Origin: an uncultured Gemmatimonadales bacterium
GTDB taxonomy: Bacteria; Gemmatimonadota; Gemmatimonadetes; Gemmatimonadales; GWC2-71-9
Reading direction: 5' to 3'
Assembly: GCA_963779755.1 (NCBI GenBank)
Contig: CAVZZO010000001.1
Span: 352,001 to 416,000, forward strand
Length of the DNA: 64,000 nucleotides
Shown one piece after another: positions 9,607 to 20,987 of this stretch; position 1 is the stretch's first letter, and each line of letters starts with the position of its first letter. The notes beneath the pieces are model-generated. The model did not search any database. It was not told where the DNA came from and worked only from the letters and a program-made list of their open reading frames with translations. Made by a program: the position numbers and the translations under genes.

Positions 9607-10386
9607 ATGAGCGGCGCAAGTCTGGGGGAAATCACCGGGTATCTCGACCGGTACCTCCGGATCGCTGAGGTCCCCGATTCGCCGGGCGCAGTGAACGGTC
9701 TCGAAGTAGCGAACCAGGGGCGAGTGGGGCACGTGATTGCCGCGGTGGATGCCTGCCAGGCCAGCGTCGATTACGCCGCCCACCAGGCCGGCAGCCGGCC
9801 GGGGGAACCGCCCCTGCTGCTGGTCCACCACGGCCTCTTCTGGGACGGTGCGGTGCCGGTGACCGGCCGCCATTATCGTCGGCTGCGCCAGCTTCTCACC
9901 CACGACGTGGCCGTTTACGCCGCCCATATTCCGCTGGACCTGCACCCCGAAATCGGAAACAACGTTGTCCTGGCAGGCGAGCTGGGGCTTCCCGTTGCGG
10001 GGTGGTTCGGTGACTACCGGGGCGTTGCGCTGGGCGTCTGGGGTGGAATGGCCGTTTCCCGGGAGGGTCTGGCCGACCGGCTGCGGGAATTGCTGCAGGG
10101 GCAGGTGCGTCTCATCCCGGGCGGGCCGGCAATGACCGAGCGGATCGGGATCATCACCGGAGCCGGAGGCAGCATGATCGCCCAGGCCAGGGCGGCCGGG
10201 ATCGACACGCTGGTGACCGGGGAGGGGGCCCACCATACCTTCTTCGACGCCATGGAAGAATGCGTCAACGTCCTCTACGCCGGTCACTATGCCACCGAGC
10301 AGTGCGGCGTGAAGGCTCTGGCCGGGCACCTGGCGGAACGATTCGGGTTGAGCTGGGAATTCCATCACCACCCCACCGGACTCTGA
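9607..10386 (+). CDS. Nif3-like dinuclear metal centre protein (YbgI family)
   Basis: NGLEV, LLVHHGLFW, HIPLDLHPEIGNN, AGHYATE. Confidence 0.92.
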   Translation: MSGASLGEITGYLDRYLRIAEVPDSPGAVNGLEVANQGRVGHVIAAVDACQASVDYAAHQAGSRPGEPPLLLVHHGLFWDGAVPVTGRHYRRLRQLLTHDVAVYAAHIPLDLHPEIGNNVVLAGELGLPVAGWFGDYRGVALGVWGGMAVSREGLADRLRELLQGQVRLIPGGPAMTERIGIITGAGGSMIAQARAAGIDTLVTGEGAHHTFFDAMEECVNVLYAGHYATEQCGVKALAGHLAERFGLSWEFHHHPTGL

Positions 10387-10508
10387 GGCAGCCCGCCCGC
10401 CGCACACATTCCGCGTGACAGGGGCTACAGCCTCCGCCCGTCTCTCCCGCCTATTCTGCTGGTCCTCAGCACTGCTGAATTCTGAACCGCTGGCGGAGGC
10501 GGGTACGC

Positions 10509-11624
10509 ATGGCCATCTCGAGCAAGGGTGGGGTGGGCGCGGGCAGCCCCGCGCCACGCCCGGTTGACCGGCGCCGGAGTGATTTCCATCGTCCCCCGAT
10601 CCGCACCCTGCTGCTCGCCGGCGTTCTCCTGCTCGGGGTGCTGTATACGTTGTACTTCGCCCGGGCCGTGCTGGTGCCCGTCACCGTCGCCATCCTCCTG
10701 AACTTCGTGCTCAGCCCCGCCATCCGCACCCTGGGTCGGCTGCGCATTCCGGCGGCACTCGGCGCGGCAATCATCCTCGTGGTCTTTCTCGGATCGGCCG
10801 GCTACCTGACCTACCGTCTGGCGGCGCCCGCCAGCGAGTGGATGGCGCGCGGGCCCCAGAGTCTTCGCAGGGTCGAATCGAAACTGCGAAAGCTGAAGAA
10901 GCCGGTGGAGCAGGTCTCCCGGACGGCGGACCAGGTCCAGAAGATGACCAGCACGGATGATTCCCAGACGCCCAAGGTGCAGGTGCAGGGCCCCACGCTG
11001 AAGGACATCGTCGTGGGCAGCACCCAGGCGCTGATTACCCAGTCGATCGTCATCTTCACGCTGCTGTATTTCCTGCTGGCCGGCGGGGATCTCTTTCTCC
11101 GGAAGCTGGTCAAGATTCTCCCCCGCGTGCGCGACAAGCGGCTGGCGGAGGAAATCGCCCACGAGACGGAACGCAGCGTGTCGTCCTACATGTTCACCAT
11201 CACGGTCATCAATATCTGCCTCGGGATCGCTACCGGGATCGCCATGTTCTTTATCGGGCTGCCCAACCCGGTACTCTGGGGGGTGGTGGGCGGGCTGCTC
11301 AACTTCATCCCCTACCTGGGGGGCTTTATCGCGGTGGCGGTGCTGGGGCTCGCCGGGATGCTCACGTTCGACCACCTCTGGCAAGCCCTGCTGCCGGCCT
11401 TTGCCTACCTCGTGCTGACCAATCTCGAGAGCTTCATTACGCCGGTTGTCCTGGGCCGGCGTTTTACCATGAACCCGGTGGTGGTCTTCCTGTCGGTGAT
11501 TTTCTGGGGCTGGATGTGGGGGATCGCGGGAGCACTGCTCGCCGTACCGCTGCTGGCGTCATTCAAGATCGTGTGCGATCACGTCGAATCGCTCAGCTAT
11601 ATCGGGGAGTTCCTGGGTCAGTGA
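10509..11624 (+). CDS. AI-2E (PerM/TqsA) family transporter
   Basis: LNFIPYLG, WGWMWGIAGALLAVPL; TM topology. Confidence 0.9.
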   Translation: MAISSKGGVGAGSPAPRPVDRRRSDFHRPPIRTLLLAGVLLLGVLYTLYFARAVLVPVTVAILLNFVLSPAIRTLGRLRIPAALGAAIILVVFLGSAGYLTYRLAAPASEWMARGPQSLRRVESKLRKLKKPVEQVSRTADQVQKMTSTDDSQTPKVQVQGPTLKDIVVGSTQALITQSIVIFTLLYFLLAGGDLFLRKLVKILPRVRDKRLAEEIAHETERSVSSYMFTITVINICLGIATGIAMFFIGLPNPVLWGVVGGLLNFIPYLGGFIAVAVLGLAGMLTFDHLWQALLPAFAYLVLTNLESFITPVVLGRRFTMNPVVVFLSVIFWGWMWGIAGALLAVPLLASFKIVCDHVESLSYIGEFLGQ

Positions 11625-11781
11625 GTCCACAGATGGCACAGATGGCCGAGACGGCTGAGATGACGCAGATAGGCCGGATGGCGAGAGGCAACTCTCTGCT
11701 GAGCAGGTGAGAGCGGGCGCGTCCGGATCCGGCGTCATTCATTGTTCCTGTCATCTGTACCATCTGCGTCATCTGTGGACT
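11624..11781. repeat. Nonamer (CAGAT-core) inverted-repeat element between convergent genes
   Basis: AGTCCACAGATGGCACAGATGG... on the left and ...CATCTGTACCATCTGCGTCATCTGTGGACT on the right. Confidence 0.8.
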
Positions 11782-12136
11782 GCCACAGAGCGATGACGTT
11801 GCCGTCCGGATCTTCCACCATCGCCATGATTCCCCACGACTGCCGGGTCGGCTCGGCCTGGAAGCGGACGCCGTGTTCGTGAAGTCGTTCGCAGAGCGGA
11901 AGGATGTCGTCGGCCTGGAAGGTGATGCCGGTATGGCGACCCACCATGGCCTGCGCGTCGGGATGGACGGCGGGATGCAGGCCCAGCCGTGCTTCCGGGG
12001 TGCCCAGTTCCGCTCCGAAGCTTCCCTGCCGCAGGATTTCCAGGCCCAGGAGCTGGTGATAGAACTCCAGCGCCGCCGGCATTTCCCGGACGAAGATGGC
12101 GATGCTGTACAGACGGGTGGGGGCGATGGGACTCAT
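11735..12136 (-). CDS. VOC/glyoxalase family protein
   Basis: ALEFYHQLLGL, QSWG..MVEDPDGNVIAL. Confidence 0.88.
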   Translation of the reverse strand: MSPIAPTRLYSIAIFVREMPAALEFYHQLLGLEILRQGSFGAELGTPEARLGLHPAVHPDAQAMVGRHTGITFQADDILPLCERLHEHGVRFQAEPTRQSWGIMAMVEDPDGNVIALWQSTDDADGTDDRNNE

Positions 12137-13092
12137 GACTCCTCCAGATCCCCCGGGCCGGCGTCGCGGGCGGGGGCCTTCTGAAATACGGCGTGCCAGT
12201 TCCGGCGCATTCCGGCGAGCCCGGGCCGCTCGAGGGGGGTATCACCGTAGCGGGACTCGAACTCCTCCGGGCTCATGTGGTCGAACCAGTCGGGACGGCG
12301 CTCTCCGGGCTCTTCCGCCCGGCCGCGGTAGGCGGCGACGGGATCGGCCGCGGCAGCGAAGCGGACATTCCAGGGGCACACTTCGTTGCAGATGTCGCAC
12401 CCGAACGCCCAACCGTGCAGGTCGGTGTCCGGTTCGAACTCTCCACGGTATTCGATGGTGAGGTAGCTGATGCAGCGGGTGGCATCGAGCACGCGCGGCT
12501 CGGGAAAGGCGCCGGTGGGGCACGCATCAAGGCAGCGGGTGCAGGTGCCGCAGCGGTCGGCTTCGAAGGGCTTATCGGCCGGGAGTGAGAGGTCGGTGAG
12601 AATGGACCCGATGAAAAACCAGGATCCCGCACCGGGACGAATCAGCATGGTATTCTTGCCAATCCAACCCAGCCCGGCCCGTTGGGCCAACTCGCGCTCG
12701 GGCACCGGGCCGGCGTCGGCGTAGCAACGAACCTGGGCGGCGCCTCCCTCGCGCAGCACCTCCGCCAACTGCTCGAGCCGCTCGATCAGGGCCAGGTGAT
12801 AATCCCGTCCCCGGGCGTAGCGCGCGATGCGCGGGGGCGGGCCGGCAGCATCGTCTGCCCCGGCATAGACGTCGAGGATCACCACGGCGGTGCGGGCGCC
12901 TTCCAGGATGCGCGCGGGCTCCCGGCGCCGGGCGGCCTGGCGGTGCAGATAGCGCATCGTGCCGGCGTAACCCTGCTCCAGCCAGGAGGTGAGGACCTCC
13001 CCGTGCGGGATGGGGCTGAGGTCGGTGATGCCGCAGGCGAGGAAGCCGAGATCTCCGGCTCGTCGCCGGAGGCTGGAGACTACCTGGTTCAC
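12133..13092 (-). CDS. queG: Epoxyqueuosine reductase QueG
   Basis: ARYARGRDYH, GLGWIGKN, CGTCTRCLDACP, RCISYLTIE, FGCDICNEVCPWN; GTG start overlaps upstream stop. Confidence 0.93.
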   Translation of the reverse strand: MNQVVSSLRRRAGDLGFLACGITDLSPIPHGEVLTSWLEQGYAGTMRYLHRQAARRREPARILEGARTAVVILDVYAGADDAAGPPPRIARYARGRDYHLALIERLEQLAEVLREGGAAQVRCYADAGPVPERELAQRAGLGWIGKNTMLIRPGAGSWFFIGSILTDLSLPADKPFEADRCGTCTRCLDACPTGAFPEPRVLDATRCISYLTIEYRGEFEPDTDLHGWAFGCDICNEVCPWNVRFAAAADPVAAYRGRAEEPGERRPDWFDHMSPEEFESRYGDTPLERPGLAGMRRNWHAVFQKAPARDAGPGDLEES

Positions 13093-14369
13093 GGTCCCGG
13101 CCGGCTCGGCGGTCCGGGCGGCAGGGGCCGGGGCAGCCCGGTGATCAGGCGGGCGCCGCGCTGGAACGTGGCATAGGACCACGCCCACTCGAAGAGCACG
13201 ATCACCCGGTTACGGAAACCGATCAAGAAGAAGATGTGGACGAAGATCCAGAGAAGCCATGCGAAGAACCCCGCCAGTTTCAGCCGGCTGAAGTTGGCCA
13301 CGGCCCGGCCCCGGCCGATCACGGCCAGCTCGCCCTTGTCGTGATAGCGGAAGACCGGCCGGGGCCGCCCGGCCAGATCGGCCCGGATTACCCGGGCGGC
13401 GTGGCGCCCCATCTGCATGGCGGCCGGCGCGAGGGCGGGGACTGTGCTGCCGTCCTTCTGTCTCAGCGCGGCGGCATCGCCCAGGACGAGGATGTTGGGC
13501 GATCCGGGGACGCAGCAATCGGGCAGCACCTCCACCCTTCCCTGGCGATCAAGGGGAACCCGCAACGAGGCCAGCAGCGGACTCGCATGGTTGCCTGCTG
13601 CCCAGACCACGGTTTCGGAGGGGATGGTCCAGCCCGCCGCCTCCACGGCGCCGGGCCGGATGGCGGTGACCATGGTCTGTTCACGGACGTCCACGCCGAG
13701 GCCGCGCAGCGTCTGTTTGGCTTTCCGGCTCAGGCTGGGCGGGTAGGCCGGCAGTATCCGCTCACCCCCCTCCAGCAGCATCACCGTGGCTTCACGCGAG
13801 TCGATGTGCCGGAAATCGCGCAGCAGGGCGTAGCGACGCAACTCGGCCAGCGCGCCGGCCACCTCGACGCCGGTGGGACCGCCGCCGACGATCACAAACG
13901 TGAGCTGGGCATGGCGGCGGACCGGATCGGTTTCCCGCTCGGCGTGCTCGAAGGCCAGGAGGACACGCCGCCTGACGTCGAGGGCGTCCTCGATGCTCTT
14001 GAGTCCGGGCGCCAGCGGTTCCCACTCGGGATGTCCGAAATAGGAATGTCGGGCGCCGGTTGCAATGACCAGATAGTCGTAGTCAATGCTACTTCCATCG
14101 GCGAGGGTGACGGCCCGCTCGACGCAGTCGACAGACGCCGCTTCCCCGAGCACGACCTCCACGTTTTCCTGGCGCCGGAGAATGGAACGGATGGGCGAAG
14201 CGATATCGCTGGGGGCGAGGGCTGCGGTCGCCACCTGATACAACATAGGCTGGAACAAGTGGTGGTTGCGGCGGTCGATCAGGGTGATGCGAACGTCCGC
14301 GTGGCGCAGTCCGCGGGCGGCGTGGATTCCGGCGAATCCACCGCCCAGGATGACGACCTTGGCGGTCAC
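13089..14369 (-). CDS. ndh: Type II NADH dehydrogenase (NAD(P)/FAD oxidoreductase)
   Basis: GGGFAG, HLFQPMLYQVAT, VGGGPTGVEVAG, LGD, PALAPAAMQMG. Confidence 0.9.
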   Translation of the reverse strand: MTAKVVILGGGFAGIHAARGLRHADVRITLIDRRNHHLFQPMLYQVATAALAPSDIASPIRSILRRQENVEVVLGEAASVDCVERAVTLADGSSIDYDYLVIATGARHSYFGHPEWEPLAPGLKSIEDALDVRRRVLLAFEHAERETDPVRRHAQLTFVIVGGGPTGVEVAGALAELRRYALLRDFRHIDSREATVMLLEGGERILPAYPPSLSRKAKQTLRGLGVDVREQTMVTAIRPGAVEAAGWTIPSETVVWAAGNHASPLLASLRVPLDRQGRVEVLPDCCVPGSPNILVLGDAAALRQKDGSTVPALAPAAMQMGRHAARVIRADLAGRPRPVFRYHDKGELAVIGRGRAVANFSRLKLAGFFAWLLWIFVHIFFLIGFRNRVIVLFEWAWSYATFQRGARLITGLPRPLPPGPPSRPGP

Positions 14370-14620
14370 AGTCCCATGACCTGCCGGCGCCAGCGGGCAA
14401 AGCGGATGATCTCATCCGGCCGAGGCAGCGCATCGGCTTCGCCGTAGGCGGTGTACATGCGCCAGCGGAGATAGGTGCGGTCGGGCAGCGGCAGAAAAGG
14501 AGAAGAGGCCCACCAGCGCCGGCGGCGAAAGGCCCACGCGGTTCGCAGCAGGTCCACCGCCAGGCGAGGGCGGAGCGCCGCCCGGAGCGCGAGCCTCAGG
14601 ATGAGTGTCGGCCACTGCAT
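14366..14620 (-). CDS. Small conserved-looking hypothetical protein
   Basis: PFLPLPDRTYLRWRMYTAYG; stop overlaps ndh start. Confidence 0.65.
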   Translation of the reverse strand: MQWPTLILRLALRAALRPRLAVDLLRTAWAFRRRRWWASSPFLPLPDRTYLRWRMYTAYGEADALPRPDEIIRFARWRRQVMGL

Positions 14621-14729
14621 GCCGCAAAGCTAGCGGGAGGCCCCGATCAGGCGCGAGGCCGCCGGTCCCCGGACCTTCCCGACCGGCTATATTGCGGCCC
14701 TGAGTTCCCCCAACCGGGACCGTATTTTC

Positions 14730-15458
14730 GTGACTGAACGCAAACGGCACCGCAGCCCCGACTTCAAGCGGCCCACCGAAGACGAGGCACTCCTCGAGAG
14801 CGAGCCATTCCGCCCCGACGCGCTGGTCAAGACCGATCCCTGGCGCGTGTTCCGGATCATGGGCGAATTCGTGGAGGGGTTCGACTCGCTGGCCGACGTC
14901 ATGGACGGGGTGGCGATCTTCGGTTCCGCGCGGACGGCGGCATCCGACCCGCACTATGACGCGGCTGTGGAAACCGCGCGGCTGCTGGCCGAGGCCGACT
15001 TCCCCATCATCACCGGGGGCGGCCCCGGCATCATGGAGGCGTCCAACAAGGGGGCGCTGGAGGGGGACGGGCTCTCCATCGGGTGCAATATCGAGCTGCC
15101 CTTCGAGCAGGGCACGAACCCCTACGTCCGTCGCAGCATCAACTTCCGCTTCTTCTTCGTGCGAAAGATGATGTTCGCGAAATACTCCATCGGGTTCGTG
15201 GTGTTCCCCGGCGGCTTCGGCACGATGGATGAGCTGTTCGAGGCCCTGACGCTCATCCAGACCGGCAAGATGAAGCACTTCCCGGTGGTGCTCTTCGGCA
15301 GCCGTTACTGGAGCGGCCTGCTGGACTGGTTGCGGAACACGGTGGCGAATGAGGGAAAGGTGGATCATCGCGACCTGGACCTTTTCCAGGTGACGGACGA
15401 TCCGAAAGAAGTCGCGCGTATCATGATCGAAGCCCGCAAGGCGCCCTCGGGCGACTGA
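14730..15458 (+). CDS. LOG family nucleotide monophosphate nucleosidase (Rossmann fold)
   Basis: [36 protein letters not shown]. Confidence 0.92.
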   Translation: MTERKRHRSPDFKRPTEDEALLESEPFRPDALVKTDPWRVFRIMGEFVEGFDSLADVMDGVAIFGSARTAASDPHYDAAVETARLLAEADFPIITGGGPGIMEASNKGALEGDGLSIGCNIELPFEQGTNPYVRRSINFRFFFVRKMMFAKYSIGFVVFPGGFGTMDELFEALTLIQTGKMKHFPVVLFGSRYWSGLLDWLRNTVANEGKVDHRDLDLFQVTDDPKEVARIMIEARKAPSGD

Positions 15459-15493
15459 CGGGCCGGCCCTCCACCCTCTTCTACTCTCCCATC

Positions 15494-16633
15494 ATGGAAT
15501 CCAGGGCCTCTTATCTGCGTGGCCGCCGGATCAACCCGGCGCCGCTCACCGGCGGGGAAACGGTCGCCGACCTGGTCGACCAGGCGTTTCTGGCCTACAA
15601 CGCGGGGCGCCTGCGGGAGGGTTGCCAGCTATTCGCCGAACGGATGCTGGCGCCCGAAGTGACGGTAGGGATGAGCCTCACCGGAGCGATGACCCCCGCG
15701 GGGCTGGGGATGAGCTGTCTCATTCCCCTGATGGAAGCCGGTTTCGTGGACTGGATCATCTCCACGGGCGCGAACCTCTATCACGACGCGCATTTCGGCC
15801 TGGGGCTCGCCATGCACCAGGGAACACCGCATGTGGACGACGTGGAACTGCGCGATGCGGGAGTCGTGCGGATCTACGACGTGTTTTTCGACTATTCCGT
15901 GCTGCTCAGCACCGACGCCTTCATGCGCGAGATCTCGGCGCTGGAGGAATTCCAGCGTCCCATGAGTACGGCGGAGTATCACTACCGGCTGGGCGGCTAT
16001 GTGCTGGAGCGGGAGAAGGCGCTGAAGCTCACGCGCCGTTCGGTGCTGGCGGCGGCGCACCAGCTGGGCGTGCCGATCTATACCAGCTCACCGGGCGACA
16101 GCTCCATCGGGATGAATGTGGCGGAGCTGGCGCTGGGCGGGCACGCGTTGCGGTTCGACGTCAGCGCCGACGTGAACGAGACCGCGGCGATCGTGCTCGA
16201 CGCCAAGCGCTCGGGCGGGCTGAGCGGGTGTCTTATCGTAGGCGGCGGCAGCCCCAAGAACTTTCTCCTCCAGACGGAACCGCAGATCCAGGAAGTGCTG
16301 GGCATCGACGAGAAGGGCCACGACTATTTCCTGCAGCTGACCGATGCGCGCCCCGACACGGGCGGCCTTTCCGGCGCCACCCCGGCCGAGGCGGTGAGCT
16401 GGGGCAAGATCGATCCCTCCAAGCTCCCCAGCACGGTGGTCTGCTATACCGACAACACCATCGCCCTGCCGATCCTCACCGCGTACGCGCTGAGCCGCCG
16501 GGCCCCGCGCCCGCTCAAGCGGCTGTATGAGCGGCGGGGTGAGTTGATGCAGCGGCTGGAGAAGGAGTACCAGGCTGCGCGCGATTTCCGGGACCAGCGC
16601 GCGCGTGAGGCCCAGGGCCCGGGCAGCCGATGA
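15494..16633 (+). CDS. Deoxyhypusine synthase-like protein (possible homospermidine synthase)
   Basis: [38 protein letters not shown]. Confidence 0.9.
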   Translation: MESRASYLRGRRINPAPLTGGETVADLVDQAFLAYNAGRLREGCQLFAERMLAPEVTVGMSLTGAMTPAGLGMSCLIPLMEAGFVDWIISTGANLYHDAHFGLGLAMHQGTPHVDDVELRDAGVVRIYDVFFDYSVLLSTDAFMREISALEEFQRPMSTAEYHYRLGGYVLEREKALKLTRRSVLAAAHQLGVPIYTSSPGDSSIGMNVAELALGGHALRFDVSADVNETAAIVLDAKRSGGLSGCLIVGGGSPKNFLLQTEPQIQEVLGIDEKGHDYFLQLTDARPDTGGLSGATPAEAVSWGKIDPSKLPSTVVCYTDNTIALPILTAYALSRRAPRPLKRLYERRGELMQRLEKEYQAARDFRDQRAREAQGPGSR

Positions 16634-18144
16634 GCGAGGCGGGGGCGCCCGCCACGCGGCTGCCGGCGGGCTACCGCGCCTATGCGCTGGGCCTGCTGGC
16701 GTTCATCAATCTGCTGAACTACCTCGACCGCAACGTCATCTTCGCCCTGTTCGAACCGATCAAGCGCGAACTGTCGCTGAGCGATGCCCAGCTGGGCTGG
16801 CTCGGTTCCGCCTACATCCTGGTGTTTTCGCTTGCCGCCCTTCCCCTGGGCGTGCTGAGCGACCTGCGTAGCCGCCGCGCCGTGATCTCGGCGGGTGTTG
16901 CCCTCTGGAGCGGGTTCACCGTGCTGAGCGGTCTGGTTCGCGGCTTCGGGCAGCTGTTTGCCTGCCGGGCCGCGGTGGGGATCGGCGAGGCGGCATTCGG
17001 GCCGGCCGGATCGTCACTGGCGGCGGACTATTACCCCGGCCGCGGCCGGGCGGTGGCGATGGGGATTCTCTCCGCCGGCCTCGCCGTGGGCGGGGTGCTC
17101 GGTATCCTGTTGGGCGGGATCCTGGAGAGTGCCTACGGCTGGCGGGTGGCGTTCATGACGGTGGGGGTTCCCGGATTTCTCTGCGCCGTCCTGGTTTCGC
17201 GGCTTCACGATCCCACCCGGGCGCCGCGCCGGATCAGCGTCAGGCGCTACCTGCGCGACATCGAACTGGGCCTGACCACCGTGGCGCGCCAGTTTCTGCC
17301 GGCCCTGGTGGGCACCGGCGTAGGAGCGATCCTCGCCTTCATTCTGGACCGTCAGTTCGGGGCCGACTCGAAGCTCGACATGGCGGCTCTGGGGGCAGCC
17401 GTGGGCATCGGGTTCATCGTCAACATCTGGCGGTGGGTCAGGCAGATTCAGGCGAACCAGATTGACGAAACGCCATTTGGGGGCCAGGTGGGGGATGCGT
17501 TCGAGGATCTGCTCGACGCGGCGCGTCTGGTGTTGCGCACGCCGACGCTGGTCTACGCCTTCGCGGGCGGCGCGCTCATTTCGTTCGGGCTGAACGGGCT
17601 GGTCGGATGGGGGCCGACCTTCCTGTCGCGGGAAATGGGCCTCTCGGCGGGCGCGGCGGCGGCGCTGCTGGGCAAGTACGGGTTCATCTTCGGCACCGCC
17701 GGCACCCTCGCTGGCGGGTTCATCGCGGAATGGCTGGGGAAATACACGCCGTCCGGCCGGGTGATCACGGTCGTGGCCGGGTTGCTGATCGGCGGCCCGC
17801 TGGCCATGTGGCTGCTCACGCTGCGGGACCTGTCGATCTTCGTCCCGGTGGCCTGCGGTGCGTTCTTCTTTCTCTCGTGGTACAACGGCCCGCTCACCGC
17901 TCTCATCTTCGATGTAGTGCCCGCGAGCATCGGCGCCACCGTCATGGGCGCCTACCTGTTGTTCATCCACCTGGCGGGCGACGCCATCGCCTTCCCGCTG
18001 ATCGGGACGCTCTCGGATGTCTTCGGCCTGGACCGCGCGGTGCTCCTGCTACCGGCCGCGAGCCTGCTGGGCGGGCTGGTGATGCTGGGGGCGGTGCGCA
18101 CCGTGCTGCCCGACATGGCGAGGTGCGGGCAGGCGGTGACTTAG
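16630..18144 (+). CDS. MFS transporter (spinster-like)
   Basis: [19 protein letters not shown] motif [12 protein letters not shown] topology. Confidence 0.88.
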   Translation: MSEAGAPATRLPAGYRAYALGLLAFINLLNYLDRNVIFALFEPIKRELSLSDAQLGWLGSAYILVFSLAALPLGVLSDLRSRRAVISAGVALWSGFTVLSGLVRGFGQLFACRAAVGIGEAAFGPAGSSLAADYYPGRGRAVAMGILSAGLAVGGVLGILLGGILESAYGWRVAFMTVGVPGFLCAVLVSRLHDPTRAPRRISVRRYLRDIELGLTTVARQFLPALVGTGVGAILAFILDRQFGADSKLDMAALGAAVGIGFIVNIWRWVRQIQANQIDETPFGGQVGDAFEDLLDAARLVLRTPTLVYAFAGGALISFGLNGLVGWGPTFLSREMGLSAGAAAALLGKYGFIFGTAGTLAGGFIAEWLGKYTPSGRVITVVAGLLIGGPLAMWLLTLRDLSIFVPVACGAFFFLSWYNGPLTALIFDVVPASIGATVMGAYLLFIHLAGDAIAFPLIGTLSDVFGLDRAVLLLPAASLLGGLVMLGAVRTVLPDMARCGQAVT

Positions 18145-18152
18145 GGATTGGC

Positions 18153-18196
18153 AGCGGCCGGCAGGGGCGCGGCATGCCGCGCCCCTACCGGCCGCT
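18153..18196. repeat. REP-like palindrome between convergent genes
   Basis: Perfect 24-bp AGGGGCGCGGCATGCCGCGCCCCT core, extended by AGCGGCCGG/CCGGCCGCT. Confidence 0.8.
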
Positions 18197-18562
18197 CCGC
18201 TCCATCAGCTGCAGCAGCTCGCGGTACATGGCTTCGGCCTGGTCCGGGTCGCCGGAGCGGATGGCCTGGGTGGCGCAATGCCGGAGGTGGTTCTGCAGCA
18301 GCGCGCGGGACACACTGCGGAGCGCCTCCTGTACCGAGGCCACCTGGGTCACCACGTCGGTGCAGTAGCGCTCTTCCTCGACCATTCGCTGCAGCCCGCG
18401 CACCTGGCCCTCGATGCGCTTCAGCCGGTTCTGCACCGACCGTTTCAGCGCCGGATCGACTCCCACGGCATGTTCCCCGTCGCCCGGGCGGACGCCGCAG
18501 GCGCAGGCGGCGCTCGTACTGGCCAGATCTCCCCGGCGGGTTCCGTTACTGTTCGCGTTCAT
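18185..18562 (-). CDS. csoR: CsoR/RcnR family metal-sensing repressor
   Basis: NRLKRIEGQVRGLQRMVEEERYC..HLRHC (C-H-C Cu ligands); in the copZA operon. Confidence 0.92.
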   Translation of the reverse strand: MNANSNGTRRGDLASTSAACACGVRPGDGEHAVGVDPALKRSVQNRLKRIEGQVRGLQRMVEEERYCTDVVTQVASVQEALRSVSRALLQNHLRHCATQAIRSGDPDQAEAMYRELLQLMERSGR

Positions 18563-18577
18563 GTGCTCTCCACTGGA

Positions 18578-18652
18578 AGGAATCGGGAATCGGGAGTCAG
18601 GGTGTGGTGCTGTCCCTGAATCCCGACTCCTGATTCCTGATTCCTGATTCCT
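18578..18652. repeat. Inverted heptamer arrays (GGAATCR / YGATTCC) between copA and csoR
   Basis: AGGAATCGGGAATCGGGAGTCAGGG ... CCCGACTCCTGATTCCTGATTCCTGATTCCT. Confidence 0.85.
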
Positions 18653-18655
18653 CCC

Positions 18656-20980
18656 TCAGGCACTTCTCAATCTCAACGAGTTGGACACCACGCTGACGCT
18701 GCTCACCGCCATGGCGGCGGCGGCCATGGCCGGCGAGAGCAGCAGGCCGAGCGCGGGATAGAGGATGCCCGCCGCCACCGGGATGCCGACCACGTTGTAG
18801 ATGAAGGCCCAGAAGAGGTTCTGCCGGATGACCCGCAGAGTCTGCCGGGCCAGCCGGATGGCCCGTTCCACCCCGCGCAGGTCGCCCTGCATCAGGGTGA
18901 TGGCGCCGGTTTCCATGGCGACGTCGGTTCCGGTGCCCATGGCAATACCGACATCGGCCTGGGCCAGCGCCGGGGCGTCGTTGATCCCGTCGCCCACCAT
19001 GGCCACGACGAGGCCCGACTCCTGGAGCCGTTTCACTTCGCGCAACTTGTCCTGCGGCAGCACTTCTGCGATGACCCGATCGGCTCCGATCTCGCGTCCG
19101 ACCGCCTGGCCAGTGGCCCCGCTGTCGCCGGTGAGGAGAATGACCTGGAGCCCGAGCGCGTGCATCCGCTCCACCGCCTCCCGGCTGGTGGGCTTTATGG
19201 GGTCGGCCACGCCGAGAATGCCGATCAGCTTCCCCGCGCGGGCGACATAGACCGGGGTGCTGGCGCTGGCCGCCAGCCGGTCGGTATCGGCGGCGGTGGC
19301 AGGATCCACGCCGTGTTCCCGCATGAGGGCGGCGTTGCCAACCATGATTACGTCGCCGCCCACCTTACCGCCGACACCCTGCCCGGGATAGAGCGTGAAG
19401 TCGCGGGCGGGAGGGAGGCTGATCCCGTCATGCTCGGCGGCGCGGACGATCGCTTCGGCCAGGGGGTGTTCGCTCAGCCGGTCCACCGCGGCGGCGGCGG
19501 CGAGCAACTCGGGCGCGGCAATCCCGTACGGCAGCACGCTGGTCACGGCCGGCTTGCCCTGGGTGACCGTCCCGGTCTTGTCGAGCACGACGACGTCTAT
19601 CTGAGTCGTGCGCTCCAGTACCTCGCCGCCCTTGATGAGCACGCCCAGCTCCGCGCCGCGGCCGGTCGAAACCATGACGGCCGTCGGCACCGCCAGCCCC
19701 ATGGCGCAGGGGCAGGCGATGATGAGCACGGTGACGGCGGCGATCAGGGCATGCAGGTAGTTCGGCCCCGGGCCGAAGTCGTACCAGATGACGAAGGTGG
19801 CGATCGCCAGGGACATCACGACGGGCACGAACACGGCGGCGATGCGGTCGGCCAGCCGCTGGATGGGAGCCTTGGAGCCCTGGGCCTCCTGCACCAGCTG
19901 CACGATGCGTGACAGCATGGTGTCGGCCCCCACGCGGGCGGCCTGGAAGCGGAAGGCCCCGTTGCCGTTGAGCGTGCCGCCGACCACCTGTGCGCCCGGC
20001 TCCTTGCGCACCGGCATGGGCTCGCCGGTGAGCATGGATTCGTCCACGCTGCTGGTGCCTTCGGTCACCACGCCGTCCACCGGAATCCGCTCCCCCGGCC
20101 GTACCAGGATGAGATCGCCCACCCGGAGCGTTTCGACGGCGACGTCGATCTCCCGGCCATCGCGCACTACGCGGGCCGTGGTGGGCCGGAGGCCGATCAG
20201 CCGCCGGATGGCCCCAGACGTCCGCCCCTTGGCGGTGGCCTCCAGCAGGTTGCCCAGCAGAATGAGCGCGATGATCCAGACCACGGCCTCGTAGTACACC
20301 TGGGGGGTCACGCCGTGGGCCGCGAACCAGCCTGCCCCCAGCGTCATCGCCGCGCTGAAGAGAAACGCCGCGCCGGTGCCGACCGCGATGAGGGTGTTCA
20401 TGTCGGCGCTGTGGTGGCGGAACGCCGCCCAGGCCCGGACGTAGAAATGCCGGCCCGCCCAGAACACTACCGGCAGCGTGACGCCCAGCAGCACCAGCCG
20501 CAGCACTTCTGGGGGGAGTGCAAAGACGGCGGGGAAGACGCCCTCGAGCCAGCGGCCGACCGGCATCATGAGCCGCATCAGGGGATCGGCCGTGCCGCCC
20601 TCGGACTGCATGAGCGGTATGGACAGCAGCATGGTCAGCACCGCCGCCACCGCGCTCACGATGAGCTTGCGGCGGAGGAGGGTGATCTCGCGCGCGCGTT
20701 CCTCGTCCTGTTCGGCGACCCGCGCTTCCGGTGTGCTCGCTCCGGCCGGCACGGAGGATTCGTAGCCGGTATCCCGGATGGCGCCGACCAGCTGCTCGGG
20801 GGTTACGACCGCGGGGTCGTAACTGACCGTCGCCGAGCCGGTCATCAGGTTGACGTTGGCGGAAACGACGCCGGAGGACTTCTCCAGGGCACGCTGCACC
20901 CGGGCGCTGCAGGCGGCGCAGGTCATGCCGCCGACGGGCAGGGTGCAGGTCTCGGGGGTGGGCGTCAGCGTGGAGCTCAT
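18656..20980 (-). CDS. copA: Cu(I)-translocating P1B-type ATPase
   Basis: GMTCAAC HMA domain, [29 protein letters not shown]. Confidence 0.96.
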   Translation of the reverse strand: MSSTLTPTPETCTLPVGGMTCAACSARVQRALEKSSGVVSANVNLMTGSATVSYDPAVVTPEQLVGAIRDTGYESSVPAGASTPEARVAEQDEERAREITLLRRKLIVSAVAAVLTMLLSIPLMQSEGGTADPLMRLMMPVGRWLEGVFPAVFALPPEVLRLVLLGVTLPVVFWAGRHFYVRAWAAFRHHSADMNTLIAVGTGAAFLFSAAMTLGAGWFAAHGVTPQVYYEAVVWIIALILLGNLLEATAKGRTSGAIRRLIGLRPTTARVVRDGREIDVAVETLRVGDLILVRPGERIPVDGVVTEGTSSVDESMLTGEPMPVRKEPGAQVVGGTLNGNGAFRFQAARVGADTMLSRIVQLVQEAQGSKAPIQRLADRIAAVFVPVVMSLAIATFVIWYDFGPGPNYLHALIAAVTVLIIACPCAMGLAVPTAVMVSTGRGAELGVLIKGGEVLERTTQIDVVVLDKTGTVTQGKPAVTSVLPYGIAAPELLAAAAAVDRLSEHPLAEAIVRAAEHDGISLPPARDFTLYPGQGVGGKVGGDVIMVGNAALMREHGVDPATAADTDRLAASASTPVYVARAGKLIGILGVADPIKPTSREAVERMHALGLQVILLTGDSGATGQAVGREIGADRVIAEVLPQDKLREVKRLQESGLVVAMVGDGINDAPALAQADVGIAMGTGTDVAMETGAITLMQGDLRGVERAIRLARQTLRVIRQNLFWAFIYNVVGIPVAAGILYPALGLLLSPAMAAAAMAVSSVSVVSNSLRLRSA

Positions 20981-20987
20981 CAGGGGA

